NCBI GenBank assembly: GCA_910585445.1
Contig: CAJUEK010000007.1
Location: 1,596 to 65,595 of the forward strand
From: an uncultured Bacteroidales bacterium
Lineage (GTDB): Bacteria; Bacteroidota; Bacteroidia; Bacteroidales; UBA932
Length of the DNA: 64,000 nucleotides
Reading direction: 5' to 3'
Part shown: piece by piece, positions 50,255-60,941 of the stretch
Layout: the number at the start of each line of letters is the position of its first letter
Numbering within the stretch: the stretch's first letter is position 1
Notes under the pieces: generated by a model
Seen by the model: only the letters and a program-made list of their open reading frames with translations
Told to the model about the DNA's origin: nothing
The model's database searches: none
Position numbers and translations under genes: made by a program

Positions 50255-52714
50255 ATGAAGAAACTCGACCGGTTCATAATAAAGTCTTTCATAGGACCGT
50301 TCATAGCGATCCTGCTGGTCGTGGTGTTCATCCTCATGATGCAGTTCCTGTGGCTGTACATTGATGAGCTGGTCGGCAAGGGACTGAGCTTCAAGGTAAT
50401 ACTTGAATTCCTCGGCTGGGGAAGCGCCACATTGCTTCCCCTTTCACTGCCTCTTGCCACCCTGCTTGCGTCAATGATGACACTCGGAACGCTCGGCGAG
50501 AACAATGAGCTTCTCGCCATCAAGGCAGCCGGCATATCGCTCCAGAGGGTCCTTGTGCCGCTCGGGGCCGTATGCGTCCTGATAAGCATAGGCGCGTTTT
50601 TCGTGTCCAACAACCTCATTCCGGTAGCTTACAACAAGATATATACTCTCCGTGACGACATAGGCAGGACCAAGGAAGAGATAAAGATTCCGACAGGCAC
50701 CTTCTATAACGGCATTGAGGGATATATCCTGCGCGTGAACGACAGGGACGAGGAAAGCGGGATGATGCACGGGGTCATGGTCTATAACCATACCAAGAAC
50801 AAGGGAAACACAAGCCTTGTGCTGGCCGATTCCGCCCTCATGAAGATGTCCAAGGACAAAAGCTACCTTTCTTTCATTCTGTACGACGGCTCGAACTACG
50901 AGGAGACGAATGTCAAGAAGTACCGTGACACATCGCTCCAGCTCCAGAAGATAGATTTCCACAGGCAGGAAATGATTATCCCGCTGGAGAACTACGCATT
51001 CCAGAAATCAGATTCAAGCAGGTTCGACGACCAGGTGAAATCAATGAAGCTGCAGCAGCTTTACCACGGGCAGGACTCCATCGGTGCGCTTGACAGGAAC
51101 AGCAAAAACGAGAACCTGACCGCGTTGAAGACCTCCAAGGTGCTCAGATACAATTCGCAGCTCGATACCGCAGGAAAGGAAGGCCGGAGCCATCCGCTTG
51201 TCATGCAGGAGAATGAAACATGGAAAAATGCTGACGAGGAAATCAAGGCTCTTGAAAAAGCCAAGGCAAATGCTGACGAGCTTCAGCTGACCCTTTCTTC
51301 ATATTCGCGTGAACGGTATCATCACACATACACGCTGAGGCTTATCGACATCGAGATATTGAAGAAGTTTGCACTTTCGCTCGCATGCCTGATATTCTTC
51401 TTCATCGGCGCGCCTCTCGGTGCCCTGATAAGGAAAGGAGGCCTCGGAACGCCGGCAATCATATCCGTGCTGTTCTTCGTGGTGTATTGGGTAATCGACA
51501 TCTCAGGAACAAAGCTGGCGAGGGACGGGGCGGTGGCACCTTTCCACGGAGTATTCATCTCCGCCTACATACTGCTGCCTACGGGCCTGTACCTGACGTG
51601 GCAGGCCATAAACGACTCGTCAATATTCAACATAGGAAATATCCGCAACGGATTCAGAAAGACTAAAGCAAAGATAATGGGAGTTTTCAAGAAGACGCGT
51701 ATCGTATATATGGGTACGCCTGAATTTGCCGTAGCACCGCTTGAGGAGCTGCTCAAGAACGGACACAAGGTCGTCGGAGTTGTCACTGTAGCGGACAAGG
51801 CAAGCGGACGCGGCCTTAAGGTCAATGAGAGCGCGGTGAAGAAATATGCCGTGGAGCACGGGATACCTGTCCTGCAGCCGGTATCGCTCAAAGACCCTGA
51901 TTTCATAGAGACCCTGAAGGCATGGAAGGCGGACATTTTCGTGGTCGTGGCATTCAGGATGCTTCCGAAGGTGGTATGGGAAATCCCGAAGCTCGGGACA
52001 TTCAACCTTCATGCTGCCCTTCTTCCGCAATACCGCGGTGCGGCCCCTATCAACTGGGCTGTGATAAACGGGGAAAAGACTACCGGAGTGACTACCTTCA
52101 TGATTGACGAAGGAATGGACACCGGACGCATAATGTACAGGAACGTGTGCCAGATAGGTCCGGAAGACACTGCCGGAGATGTCCATGACAGGCTTATGGA
52201 GCTTGGAGCGAAGCTCGTGTGCCTGACTGTTGACTCCATCATAGAGAACAATGTGGAATTCAGGATACAGAAGAGCTTCATACAAGGCTCGGAGATTCTG
52301 AAGCCTGCTCCGAAGATAACAAAGGAGCTTTGCCATATCTGCTGGAATGACTCCGTAAAGCAGATTCATGACCTTGTGCGCGGTCTCAGCCCTTATCCTG
52401 GAGCATTCACGGAGCTTGTCAAGGACGGCAAGGCGACACAGATGAAGATATTCCGCACATTGAAGATAGAGGGCGAGGAATACAGGAAGATGCTCGCACA
52501 GAACAACCTTGCTGAAGCCGCGCCAGGGACAGTTCTCTCAGACGGAAAGACTTATCTTGCGATAGCTGCGTCAGACGGGGCCATATCGGTAACGGAATTG
52601 CAGCTTGCCGGAAAGAAGAGGATGCAGGTCAAGGATTTCCTAATCGGTTTCCGTGACCCGCAGGACTATGCCACAAGCGAAGGCACTTCATCACAGGTGA
52701 CCGGAAGACAATAG
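50255..52714 (+). CDS. fmt: LptF/LptG-family permease fused in frame to methionyl-tRNA formyltransferase
   Basis: N-terminal KLDRFIIKSF...ENNELLAIKAAGIS; C-terminal RIVYMGTPEFA, NLHAALLPQYRGAAPINWA; no stop between the parts. Confidence 0.9.
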   Translation: MKKLDRFIIKSFIGPFIAILLVVVFILMMQFLWLYIDELVGKGLSFKVILEFLGWGSATLLPLSLPLATLLASMMTLGTLGENNELLAIKAAGISLQRVLVPLGAVCVLISIGAFFVSNNLIPVAYNKIYTLRDDIGRTKEEIKIPTGTFYNGIEGYILRVNDRDEESGMMHGVMVYNHTKNKGNTSLVLADSALMKMSKDKSYLSFILYDGSNYEETNVKKYRDTSLQLQKIDFHRQEMIIPLENYAFQKSDSSRFDDQVKSMKLQQLYHGQDSIGALDRNSKNENLTALKTSKVLRYNSQLDTAGKEGRSHPLVMQENETWKNADEEIKALEKAKANADELQLTLSSYSRERYHHTYTLRLIDIEILKKFALSLACLIFFFIGAPLGALIRKGGLGTPAIISVLFFVVYWVIDISGTKLARDGAVAPFHGVFISAYILLPTGLYLTWQAINDSSIFNIGNIRNGFRKTKAKIMGVFKKTRIVYMGTPEFAVAPLEELLKNGHKVVGVVTVADKASGRGLKVNESAVKKYAVEHGIPVLQPVSLKDPDFIETLKAWKADIFVVVAFRMLPKVVWEIPKLGTFNLHAALLPQYRGAAPINWAVINGEKTTGVTTFMIDEGMDTGRIMYRNVCQIGPEDTAGDVHDRLMELGAKLVCLTVDSIIENNVEFRIQKSFIQGSEILKPAPKITKELCHICWNDSVKQIHDLVRGLSPYPGAFTELVKDGKATQMKIFRTLKIEGEEYRKMLAQNNLAEAAPGTVLSDGKTYLAIAASDGAISVTELQLAGKKRMQVKDFLIGFRDPQDYATSEGTSSQVTGRQ

Positions 52715-52719
52715 CAGCT

Positions 52720-53385
52720 ATGGGCAAGGAAATCGTGATAATCTGCGACGGGGCATTCCCAAAGACCGAATACCCGAGATATCTTATACGCACTGCCGAC
52801 TTCATAATATGCTGCGACGGTGCCCTGCGCAAATTCCTCAGGAACAGCAAGGCCATTTTCGGTGATGAGCGTCTGCCGGACAAGGTAATCGGCGACATGG
52901 ACTCCCTGTCGTCTGCAATGAAGACAAAATACGGAGACCTGATTGTCACTATTGACGAGCAGGAGCACAATGACCAGACCAAGGCTTTCACATGGGCGCT
53001 GGAGAATATCGGCGGGATAGGCAGAATCACGATACTCGGCGCGACCGGAGAGCGTGAGGACCATACCATAGGGAACATATCGCTTCTTATGGAGTATGCC
53101 AGGACATACCGCCCTCAGGACAGAGGAATAGATGTGCAGATGATATCTGACCATGCAACGATTTTCGCCATAACCGGCACTTTCGAAATGGAGTGCGGAG
53201 AGGGCCGCAAAGTTTCGATATTCAGCCCGGACAGCAGCCTCAGGATAACATCGGAGGGGCTTGAGTTCCAGACCTGCAACGTAGTTTTCGACAACTGGTG
53301 GAAAGCCACCCTCAACCGGGCCGTGCAGGACAAGGTAAGGCTGGAGCTGAGTCACCCGTCAATCGCATTGGTCATGCTGAACTGA
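52720..53385 (+). CDS. thiN: Thiamine pyrophosphokinase
   Basis: CCDGA, IGDMDS, NDQTKA, GATGEREDH. Confidence 0.92.
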   Translation: MGKEIVIICDGAFPKTEYPRYLIRTADFIICCDGALRKFLRNSKAIFGDERLPDKVIGDMDSLSSAMKTKYGDLIVTIDEQEHNDQTKAFTWALENIGGIGRITILGATGEREDHTIGNISLLMEYARTYRPQDRGIDVQMISDHATIFAITGTFEMECGEGRKVSIFSPDSSLRITSEGLEFQTCNVVFDNWWKATLNRAVQDKVRLELSHPSIALVMLN

Positions 53386-53475
53386 CCTCATTACGATTGA
53401 CATTCATTAGGAATTAAGCAAATTAAGTTATATATTTGAACCGGAAAATCAATTTTTGATTTTATTTTTCAAGCA

Positions 53476-54735
53476 ATGGAAACGAAAAAGTACTTTCCGA
53501 CCGTAGAGGCCATTGAAAACGCGTCACGCGTACTCGACGAAATCATCGAACCTACTCCTTTCATGAGGAACAGCAACCTGTCCGACCTTTATGAGGCGGA
53601 CGTTTACCTCAAGAGAGAGGATCTCCAGATAGTGAGGTCATACAAGATAAGGGGAGCATACAACAAAATCAGGTCAATCGAGCCTGAAGTCCTCAAATAT
53701 GGAATAGTGTGCGCAAGCGCAGGAAACCATGCACAGGGTGTCGCGCTTTCCTGCAACAAGCTGCAGATAATGGGTTCGATTTTCATGCCGACCACCACTC
53801 CGAAGCAGAAAATCGAGCAGGTGAGAATGTTCGGAAAGGAATACATCGACATAGTGCTGACAGGCGACACCTTCGATGCTGCCAATGCGGCGGCAATCGA
53901 GTTCGCAGGCAAGAGCGGACGCACTTTCATCCCGCCGTTCGATGACCCTAAGGTCATAGAGGGACAGGGAACGATAGGACTTGAGATAATGAAGCAGGCC
54001 AAGGAGCCGCTTGACTACATCTTCATCCCTATCGGCGGAGGCGGACTTGCCTCAGGACTCGGAGCATATATAAGGCAGGTGTCACCACAGACAAAGATAA
54101 TCGGCGTAGAACCTGCCGGAGCACCATGCATGAAGACCGCAATTGACAAGGGTGAGGTGATAGAGCTTGAGCACATCGACAAGTTCGTGGACGGAGCCGC
54201 AGTGAAAAAGGCCGGTGCCACCACTTTCGGGATATGCAAGGACATTCTTGATGACATTATCGTTGTTCCGGAAGGGGCTGTGTGCACGATGATAATACAG
54301 ATGTACAACAAGAGCGCCATCGTGGTTGAGCCTGCGGGCGCCCTGTCAACAGCCGCATTGAAATTCTATGCGGACAAGATAAAGGGCAAGAGGGTCGCAT
54401 GCATCGTCAGCGGAAGCAACAACGACATCACAAGGATGGAGGAAATACGCGAGAAATCACTTCTTTATGAAGGCCTGAAGCATTATTTCATAGTGAACTT
54501 CCCTCAGAAGCCTGGTGCGGTGCTGTCGTTCATACGGGACGTTATCGGCCCTTCTGATGACCTCGTGTATATCCAGTACATCAAGAAGACCAACAAGGAT
54601 TTCGGCCCTGCCCTCATCGGAATAGAGCTTTCAGCAAAGGAGGACTTCTCCGCACTGATGAGCCGCATGGACTCGAACGGGATATCATACGAATACATAA
54701 ACGAGAACAACAAATTATTTGAAATACTTATCTGA
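53476..54735 (+). CDS. ilvA: Threonine dehydratase (single regulatory domain form)
   Basis: RSYKIRGA, ASAGNHAQG, GGGGL. Confidence 0.96.
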   Translation: METKKYFPTVEAIENASRVLDEIIEPTPFMRNSNLSDLYEADVYLKREDLQIVRSYKIRGAYNKIRSIEPEVLKYGIVCASAGNHAQGVALSCNKLQIMGSIFMPTTTPKQKIEQVRMFGKEYIDIVLTGDTFDAANAAAIEFAGKSGRTFIPPFDDPKVIEGQGTIGLEIMKQAKEPLDYIFIPIGGGGLASGLGAYIRQVSPQTKIIGVEPAGAPCMKTAIDKGEVIELEHIDKFVDGAAVKKAGATTFGICKDILDDIIVVPEGAVCTMIIQMYNKSAIVVEPAGALSTAALKFYADKIKGKRVACIVSGSNNDITRMEEIREKSLLYEGLKHYFIVNFPQKPGAVLSFIRDVIGPSDDLVYIQYIKKTNKDFGPALIGIELSAKEDFSALMSRMDSNGISYEYINENNKLFEILI

Positions 54736-54736
54736 C

Positions 54737-55768
54737 ATGACTGGAATTGACTGGAGCAAACTTACATTTTCCTACACAAAGACGAACACAATGCTATGCA
54801 GCCACTGCATAGGCGGACAATGGACACCTGTAGAAAGCAGGACCGACGACAACATAAGCATCAGTGCTTTTGCCGGCGGACTGCACTACGCCATCGAATG
54901 CTTCGAAGGCCTCAAGGCTTTCAGGGGCAAGGACGGTAAAGTAAGGCTGTTCCGTCCTGAAGAAAATGCAAAGAGGCTTCAGAGGTCAGCAAAATACCTT
55001 GGCATTGATGCGCCTTCAACCGAGATGTTTGTGGAGATGTGCAAGAGGGTTGTAAGGGAAAACCTTGATTTCCTCCCTCCATACGGTTCACATGCGTCAT
55101 TATACCTGCGTCCGACACTTATCGGATTCAATCCGCAGCTCGGCGTGCAGTCCTCGAAAGAGTCTCTGTTCATGATGCTTTGCTCCCCTGTAGGGGCATA
55201 TACGGGAGGTGCTCTTGAGGCCATCGACGTTGTAATCGCAAGGAATTATGACAGGGCGGCGCCTAACGGATGCGGAGCCTACAAGGTCGGCGGAAACTAT
55301 GCGGCTTCGCTCTACTCACTGAACGTTGCGCATGAGCTTGGCTACAAGGCCGTGCTTTATCTTGACCCGGCCACAAAGACCACTATCGACGAGTTCAATT
55401 CATCGAATTTCTTTGCGATAAGAGGCAATTCGTACATAACTCCAAAGTCTGACAGCATCCTTCCTTCAATCACCAACATGTCTCTCGAGACCGTAGCTGC
55501 ATATGTGGGAATGGATGTGGAAAGAAGACCTGTACCTGTTGAAGAGCTTTCCACTTTCGAGGAGGTCGGAGAATGCGGCACCGCAGTGGTGATAACGCCG
55601 GTGCACAGACTTGCAGACAAGCCTTTCCTTGAGTCCGAAGAAGAGACGGTATATACTTACGGTGACGGACTGTGCGGAGAAAAGAGCCTCCGTCTGTACA
55701 ACATGATTACCGGCATACAGTACGGAGAGATTGAAGACCCGTTCGGATGGACTGTATTTGTTGATTAA
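54737..55768 (+). CDS. ilvE: Branched-chain amino acid aminotransferase
   Basis: FEGLKA, LYLRP, KVGGNYA, ILPSIT, GTAVVI. Confidence 0.96.
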   Translation: MTGIDWSKLTFSYTKTNTMLCSHCIGGQWTPVESRTDDNISISAFAGGLHYAIECFEGLKAFRGKDGKVRLFRPEENAKRLQRSAKYLGIDAPSTEMFVEMCKRVVRENLDFLPPYGSHASLYLRPTLIGFNPQLGVQSSKESLFMMLCSPVGAYTGGALEAIDVVIARNYDRAAPNGCGAYKVGGNYAASLYSLNVAHELGYKAVLYLDPATKTTIDEFNSSNFFAIRGNSYITPKSDSILPSITNMSLETVAAYVGMDVERRPVPVEELSTFEEVGECGTAVVITPVHRLADKPFLESEEETVYTYGDGLCGEKSLRLYNMITGIQYGEIEDPFGWTVFVD

Positions 55769-55780
55769 GACATCTACACA

Positions 55781-55830
55781 TAAAAAAGATGGTCTGGCTA
55801 AGGCAATTAGTCAGACCATTTTTATTTTTT
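55781..55830. terminator. Bidirectional terminator between ilvE and lptG
   Basis: A-run, ATGGTCTGGCTAA/TTAGTCAGACCAT stem, T-run. Confidence 0.75.
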
Positions 55831-55952
55831 GGAATACTCCTTATTTATTCACGTCCTTTTGAACGTTCCGGAGCTATTGCGTCAAAACCGGTTTTGTCTT
55901 GGTTTTTGTGCACCACCGTGATTTTGTTCTGGCAGGATTGTTATGGACGGCA

Positions 55953-57044
55953 TTATTTCGGTGCAATCCTGTACAGGAAGCCTGCTATGAGCGCGAATAT
56001 CAGATTCGGGAGCCAGAGGGCTATGGCAGGAGGCAGAGCGCCCGTATGCACGAACATCTGACTGAACCGCAGGAAAAGGATGTAGGTGAAAGCCAGGGCA
56101 ATGCCTATTCCGATATTCCAGCCGATTCCTCCCCGACGTTTCTTGGAGGAAAGGGCCACACCCATCACCGTCAATATGAAAGCGGAGAACGGCAGGGCAA
56201 AGCGCGTATTCTTTTCTATGAGCGCGAATTTGACATTGGCGTCCCCGCGCATCCGCTGCGTGTCAATGAGTTGGTTCAACTCCTTGTATGTCAATGTCTC
56301 CACCGTCTTTTCTGTAAGATAGAAGTCCTTGACGGACAGGTCAATGATAGTATCAAGCTGTCTTCCGCTCCTTATATGGTCTGTCAGATCCTCGTTGTAT
56401 TCCCTTACAAAATACTTTTTGAGCCTCCAGCTGCCCTTGAGTGTGTCATAGACGGCCGTCTCCGCTGAAATCTTGGAAATCAGTTTGCCGTCCTCTATCT
56501 TTTCCAGTGTGAATCTGTAGGCTGTATTGTTCCATGAACTGAATGACTCCGCAAAGACGAATTCTCCCGGCGCAATCTGATAATGCACGTTGCGCCCCAC
56601 GCTCTTGAACCTGGCCTTGAAATACTTGTTCTCGAACTCCAGCCTGGTCTTGTTGGCGTCCGGTATCACGAAAAGGTTCAGGCACAATGACAATATCGCA
56701 ATGAGTGTGGCGGAAAACACATACGGCACCATCATCCTGTGGAAACTGATTCCGCATGATAGTATAGCCACAATCTCCGAGTCCGCAGCCATCTTGGAAG
56801 TGAAGAAAATCACTGTGATGAACACGAACATAGGGCTGAACATGTTCATGAAATAAGGCACGAAGTTCACATAATAGTCAAAGATTATGGCCTTCAGCGG
56901 AGCTTCCTTGCTGACGAAATCGTCAATTTTCTCGCTTATGTCGAAAATTATGACGATTCCGATTATCAGCAGCAGCGCGATGAAGAACGTGCTTATGAAT
57001 TTCCTGACAATATAAATGTCAAGCTTTCTCGGTACCAGATCCAT
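55953..57044 (-). CDS. lptG: LptF/LptG family permease
   Basis: KLDIYIVRKF, SEIVAILSCGISF; six-TM layout; downstream of tgt. Confidence 0.88.
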   Translation of the reverse strand: MDLVPRKLDIYIVRKFISTFFIALLLIIGIVIIFDISEKIDDFVSKEAPLKAIIFDYYVNFVPYFMNMFSPMFVFITVIFFTSKMAADSEIVAILSCGISFHRMMVPYVFSATLIAILSLCLNLFVIPDANKTRLEFENKYFKARFKSVGRNVHYQIAPGEFVFAESFSSWNNTAYRFTLEKIEDGKLISKISAETAVYDTLKGSWRLKKYFVREYNEDLTDHIRSGRQLDTIIDLSVKDFYLTEKTVETLTYKELNQLIDTQRMRGDANVKFALIEKNTRFALPFSAFILTVMGVALSSKKRRGGIGWNIGIGIALAFTYILFLRFSQMFVHTGALPPAIALWLPNLIFALIAGFLYRIAPK

Positions 57045-57048
57045 ATTG

Positions 57049-58179
57049 TCAAAGTCTTGTCATTATCCTGCGCACCGTTTCATCTTTCCAAGAGCTGAAA
57101 TCCCCGTCAATGATATGCTTGCGGGCCTGGCGGACAAGCTCCAGGTAGAACGCGAGATTGTGCTCGCTGGCAAGCTGGCCGGCAAAAAGCTCACCGGCCA
57201 CAAACAGATGGCGCAGATAAGCCTTGGTATAAGTGTGGTCAACAAAAGATGTCCCCTTAGGGTCTATCGGTGAGAAATCATCCGCCCATTTGCGGTTCTT
57301 TATGTTGATTATGCCGTCCCATGTGAACAGCATTCCGTTGCGTCCGTTACGTGTCGGCATTACGCAGTCGAACATATCGACTCCGCGGGCTATTCCTTCA
57401 AGAAGATTGGCAGGAGTGCCCACGCCCATGAGATAGCGCGGCTTGTCATCCGGAAGAATAGGGCATACGACTTCAAGCATCTCATACATTTTCTCTGTAG
57501 GCTCCCCTACTGCAAGTCCTCCGATGGCATAGCCTTCACGGTCAAGCGCGGCAGCATGCTCCACAGCCGCACGCCTGAGGTCCGGATATACGCAGCCCTG
57601 GATTATCGGGAAGAGGGCCTGCCTGTATCCGTACAGCGGGTCAGTCCCGTCAAAACGCCTTACACAGCGCTCCAGCCACCTCTGGGTCAATTTGAGAGAT
57701 TTGGCTGCATATTCGTAAGTCGCGTCTCCCGGGCAGCACTCGTCAAGAGCCATGACGATATCCGCACCGATGACACGCTGTGTGTCCATATTGTTCTCCG
57801 GCGTGAATATGTGCTTGGAACCGTCTATGTGAGAACGGAAAATGCATCCGTCCTCGGTAAGCTTGCGTATAGGGCTTAGGGAGAACACCTGGAATCCGCC
57901 GCTGTCCGTCAGTATCGGCCTGTCCCATGACTCGAACTTGTGGAGTCCACCTGCAGCCCTGAGCACGTCAAGCCCCGGACGCAGGTAAAGGTGATAAGTG
58001 TTTCCGAGTATTATTTCCGCACCGATATCTTCCTTGAGGTCCTTGTGGTAAATGCCCTTGACCGAACCAACCGTGCCCACAGGCATGAATATCGGCGTAT
58101 GTATCTGTCCGTGGTCCGTGGTTATAGTTCCGCATCTCGCGGCTGAGCCAGGGTCACTGTGAGTCTTTATAAAATCCAT
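57049..58179 (-). CDS. tgt: tRNA-guanine transglycosylase
   Basis: FMPVGT, TDSGGFQ, DCVMPTR. Confidence 0.98.
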   Translation of the reverse strand: MDFIKTHSDPGSAARCGTITTDHGQIHTPIFMPVGTVGSVKGIYHKDLKEDIGAEIILGNTYHLYLRPGLDVLRAAGGLHKFESWDRPILTDSGGFQVFSLSPIRKLTEDGCIFRSHIDGSKHIFTPENNMDTQRVIGADIVMALDECCPGDATYEYAAKSLKLTQRWLERCVRRFDGTDPLYGYRQALFPIIQGCVYPDLRRAAVEHAAALDREGYAIGGLAVGEPTEKMYEMLEVVCPILPDDKPRYLMGVGTPANLLEGIARGVDMFDCVMPTRNGRNGMLFTWDGIINIKNRKWADDFSPIDPKGTSFVDHTYTKAYLRHLFVAGELFAGQLASEHNLAFYLELVRQARKHIIDGDFSSWKDETVRRIMTRL

Positions 58180-58317
58180 TTCCTATGTTTTCCTTGATTA
58201 CAATGTCCGGTTTTACGTAATGCCGGCACCGCTTTCCGGCCGCACCAAAGCGGAAAGTTCGGGGTTGCCGTCCTGATTTTTGTCACGAGAAATGATTTTC
58301 AGACAGCTTCCGAACGC

Positions 58318-58355
58318 CAAAGGTAGTAAAATTCAAGCAAAATCCCGTATATTTG
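58318..58355. promoter_or_regulatory. Divergent -7 promoter boxes for tgt and the permease
   Basis: TACCTTTG on minus (58318-25) and TATATTTG on plus (58348-55). Confidence 0.55.
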
Positions 58356-58406
58356 TCGCCGTCTTGCTCTCAAGCAGGACCACACTGGACATAATTATTT
58401 ACCAAT

Positions 58407-59681
58407 ATGAGAAATAACCACATTTCAGCCAGGCTCATACTGATGAATTTCCTGGAATTTGCAGTCTGGGGAGCCTACCTCACATCACTGGGACGTTATC
58501 TCGGCAATATAGGGCTGAGCAACGAAATCAAATGGTTCTTTGCAATGCAGGGAATAGTATCCATCTTCATGCCTGCGCTCATGGGCATAGTGGCCGACAG
58601 GTACATGCAGGCCCAGAAAGTGCTTTCGCTATGCCACGGCCTTGCGGGAGTGTTCATGGCCGGAGCCGGATTCTACTGCATGTCAGCGGGAGACTCTGTG
58701 CAATTCGCCCCGCTCTTCGCCCTCTACAGCCTCAGCGTCGCATTCTTCATGCCGACAATCGCGCTTACCAACTCCGTGGCATACTCTGCCCTTGAAGGAG
58801 CTGGAAAAGACCCGGTCAAAGCTTTCCCTCCAATCAGGGTATTCGGAACCATCGGTTTCATATGCAGCATGCTCCTGACCAACTGGCTCAAAATAGACGG
58901 AGTGGCAATGCAGGATTCATACACCCAGCTCATCCAGTCCGGAGCAATGTCAATAGTGCTCTGTCTCTATGCGCTCACAATGCCATCCTGCCCTGTAAAG
59001 CCTGCGACTGAAAGCAAGAGCATCGTGGACAGCCTCGGCCTGAAAGCGTTTACTCTTTTCCGTGACAGGCAGTTCGCCATATTCTTCATCTTCTCGATGA
59101 TGCTCGGCGCGTCGCTCCAGATAACCAATGGCTACGCAAACACTTTCCTCGGCTCATTCGGCTCAGACCCTGCGCTCGCAGACACATTCGCAGTAAAGAA
59201 CTCAAATGCCCTGCTCGCGATAAGCCAGACATCCGAGACGCTCTGCATCCTGCTGATTCCTATTTTCATGAAACGTTTCGGAATCAAGAAAGTGATGCTC
59301 ATAGCCATGTTCGCATGGGTTCTAAGATTCGGTTTGTTCGGTCTCGGACAGCCTGACATGCCGGGCGTCCTCCTGTTCATCCTCTCATGCATAGTCTATG
59401 GAGTTGCATTCGACTTCTTCAACATATCAGGCTCGCTCTACGTCAATGAGAACACAAGCACAGACATAAGGTCATCAGCCCAGGGACTGTTCATGCTAAT
59501 GACAAACGGCCTTGGAGCATCAATAGGAACACTCGCCGCCGGAGCCGTAGTGGAATCCGTAGTCTTCAATGCAGCAGAGCCAAGCTGGAGCACAGCATGG
59601 TACATATTCGCAGCCTACGCCCTCGTGGTAGCAATCCTTTTCATGATTCTCTTCAAGGAACCCGCCAAGAAAACTGCCTGA
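58407..59681 (+). CDS. NupG-like nucleoside:H+ symporter (MFS)
   Basis: FLEFAVWGAY, FPPIRVFGTIGF, AFDFFNISG. Confidence 0.9.
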   Translation: MRNNHISARLILMNFLEFAVWGAYLTSLGRYLGNIGLSNEIKWFFAMQGIVSIFMPALMGIVADRYMQAQKVLSLCHGLAGVFMAGAGFYCMSAGDSVQFAPLFALYSLSVAFFMPTIALTNSVAYSALEGAGKDPVKAFPPIRVFGTIGFICSMLLTNWLKIDGVAMQDSYTQLIQSGAMSIVLCLYALTMPSCPVKPATESKSIVDSLGLKAFTLFRDRQFAIFFIFSMMLGASLQITNGYANTFLGSFGSDPALADTFAVKNSNALLAISQTSETLCILLIPIFMKRFGIKKVMLIAMFAWVLRFGLFGLGQPDMPGVLLFILSCIVYGVAFDFFNISGSLYVNENTSTDIRSSAQGLFMLMTNGLGASIGTLAAGAVVESVVFNAAEPSWSTAWYIFAAYALVVAILFMILFKEPAKKTA

Positions 59682-59814
59682 CATCATCAGAGCAGACTCC
59701 TAAGTTTAGGACGGAGTGGTGGCAAAGCTGACAGAGGCTGACTAAATTTGGCAGAATCTTGCCTGGCTGACAGAAGCTTCACAAACAGCAAGCATATGTG
59801 ACATAGGCAGTTAC

Positions 59815-59852
59815 GCGAGGACGGGTATGCAGGATTGCATACCCGTCCTCGC
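59815..59852. repeat. Perfect 17-bp inverted repeat between convergent genes
   Basis: GCGAGGACGGGTATGCA-ggat-TGCATACCCGTCCTCGC. Confidence 0.85.
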
Positions 59853-59992
59853 ATAAACCATTCGGCATCACATTATTAAGATTATCTATCAAAAGTAAGG
59901 CAAGATTGCTTCCGTTAACTGGAGCAAGGCAGATAGAACAAAGTCAGGCAAAAAGAAGACAAACTGCCAGGAAAGAAAAAGACTAATGCGGA

Positions 59993-60790
59993 CTACCCGA
60001 AAATGGCATTGAGCACAGCTGCAAGACGATAGCCGGCCTTCTGTATCTGGCTGTCGGCCAGAACCTTGGCCTTCAGGTTGAATTCCTTGCCCAGGACATC
60101 TCCCGGATGCGCCCAATCATATATCACACGGCAATCACGGGCATTTTCCCTTTCCCAGTCAACCGGAGTCCCCGAGCAGATGCTGCGCACTTCCCTGCGG
60201 GACAGATTGCCCAGTATGTGTCCATATTCCGTGAAGCCCCATTTGTGTACCCGTTCAAGTACGGCATCGTCCCACACATAATGGTATGTCACCTCATTTC
60301 CACCGTAAATCACCTTGAATCCTTTTATCCCCGGATATTTGACATGGCCCGGACAATGCATGTCGGCGACCAGATGTATCATCATCTTTATTCCGACGGC
60401 CACCGTAGAATCGTCCAGTTCCTTCCAGTCCTCCATACGTCCAATCAGACGGGTAAGCTCAAGCACGGCATCGCCGCGATATTCCCCATCCTTGAAATTC
60501 GTGCCCATGCAAGGCTCGCCAGACTCATCCACATATGCGGAGTGCCACTTGGTAGTATGCCTATATTCCGGCCAGTCCCGGACCTCATCCATCCAGGAAG
60601 AGCAATACACGATTGAAGTGTTCCCGAGATATCCCTCTATGGTTTTCCTCGCCTTCGGAGTAAGATTCCGTTCAGCAATATGGCAGATTGCATCATGGCC
60701 GATACGTCCCCAGGCATCCATGTCAACGGAATTCAACAGCAGACATGCGGAAGCAATGATGCACAATGGCATTCTGATTTTCATTTTCAT
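59993..60790 (-). CDS. S1/P1 nuclease, secreted
   Basis: Signal peptide followed by WGRIGH; HLVADMHCP; HYVWD. Confidence 0.92.
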   Translation of the reverse strand: MKMKIRMPLCIIASACLLLNSVDMDAWGRIGHDAICHIAERNLTPKARKTIEGYLGNTSIVYCSSWMDEVRDWPEYRHTTKWHSAYVDESGEPCMGTNFKDGEYRGDAVLELTRLIGRMEDWKELDDSTVAVGIKMMIHLVADMHCPGHVKYPGIKGFKVIYGGNEVTYHYVWDDAVLERVHKWGFTEYGHILGNLSRREVRSICSGTPVDWERENARDCRVIYDWAHPGDVLGKEFNLKAKVLADSQIQKAGYRLAAVLNAIFG

Positions 60791-60941
60791 ATTGACAATT
60801 TTTTAACAATTTCATGATATGGTAAAAGCCGTAAGCATAAGCAAGATAAACTAAAGACGGCAGCATAAACAAAGTTGACTTTGGCCATGCCGACATCAAA
60901 GCATCTGTATGCCAGGCAGAACACATACGCCACCCCAGAAT

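Noticed and set aside
58180..58406. preQ1 or purine riboswitch between tgt and the nucleoside permease
   Set aside because: Hairpins are present but no recognisable aptamer consensus on either strand
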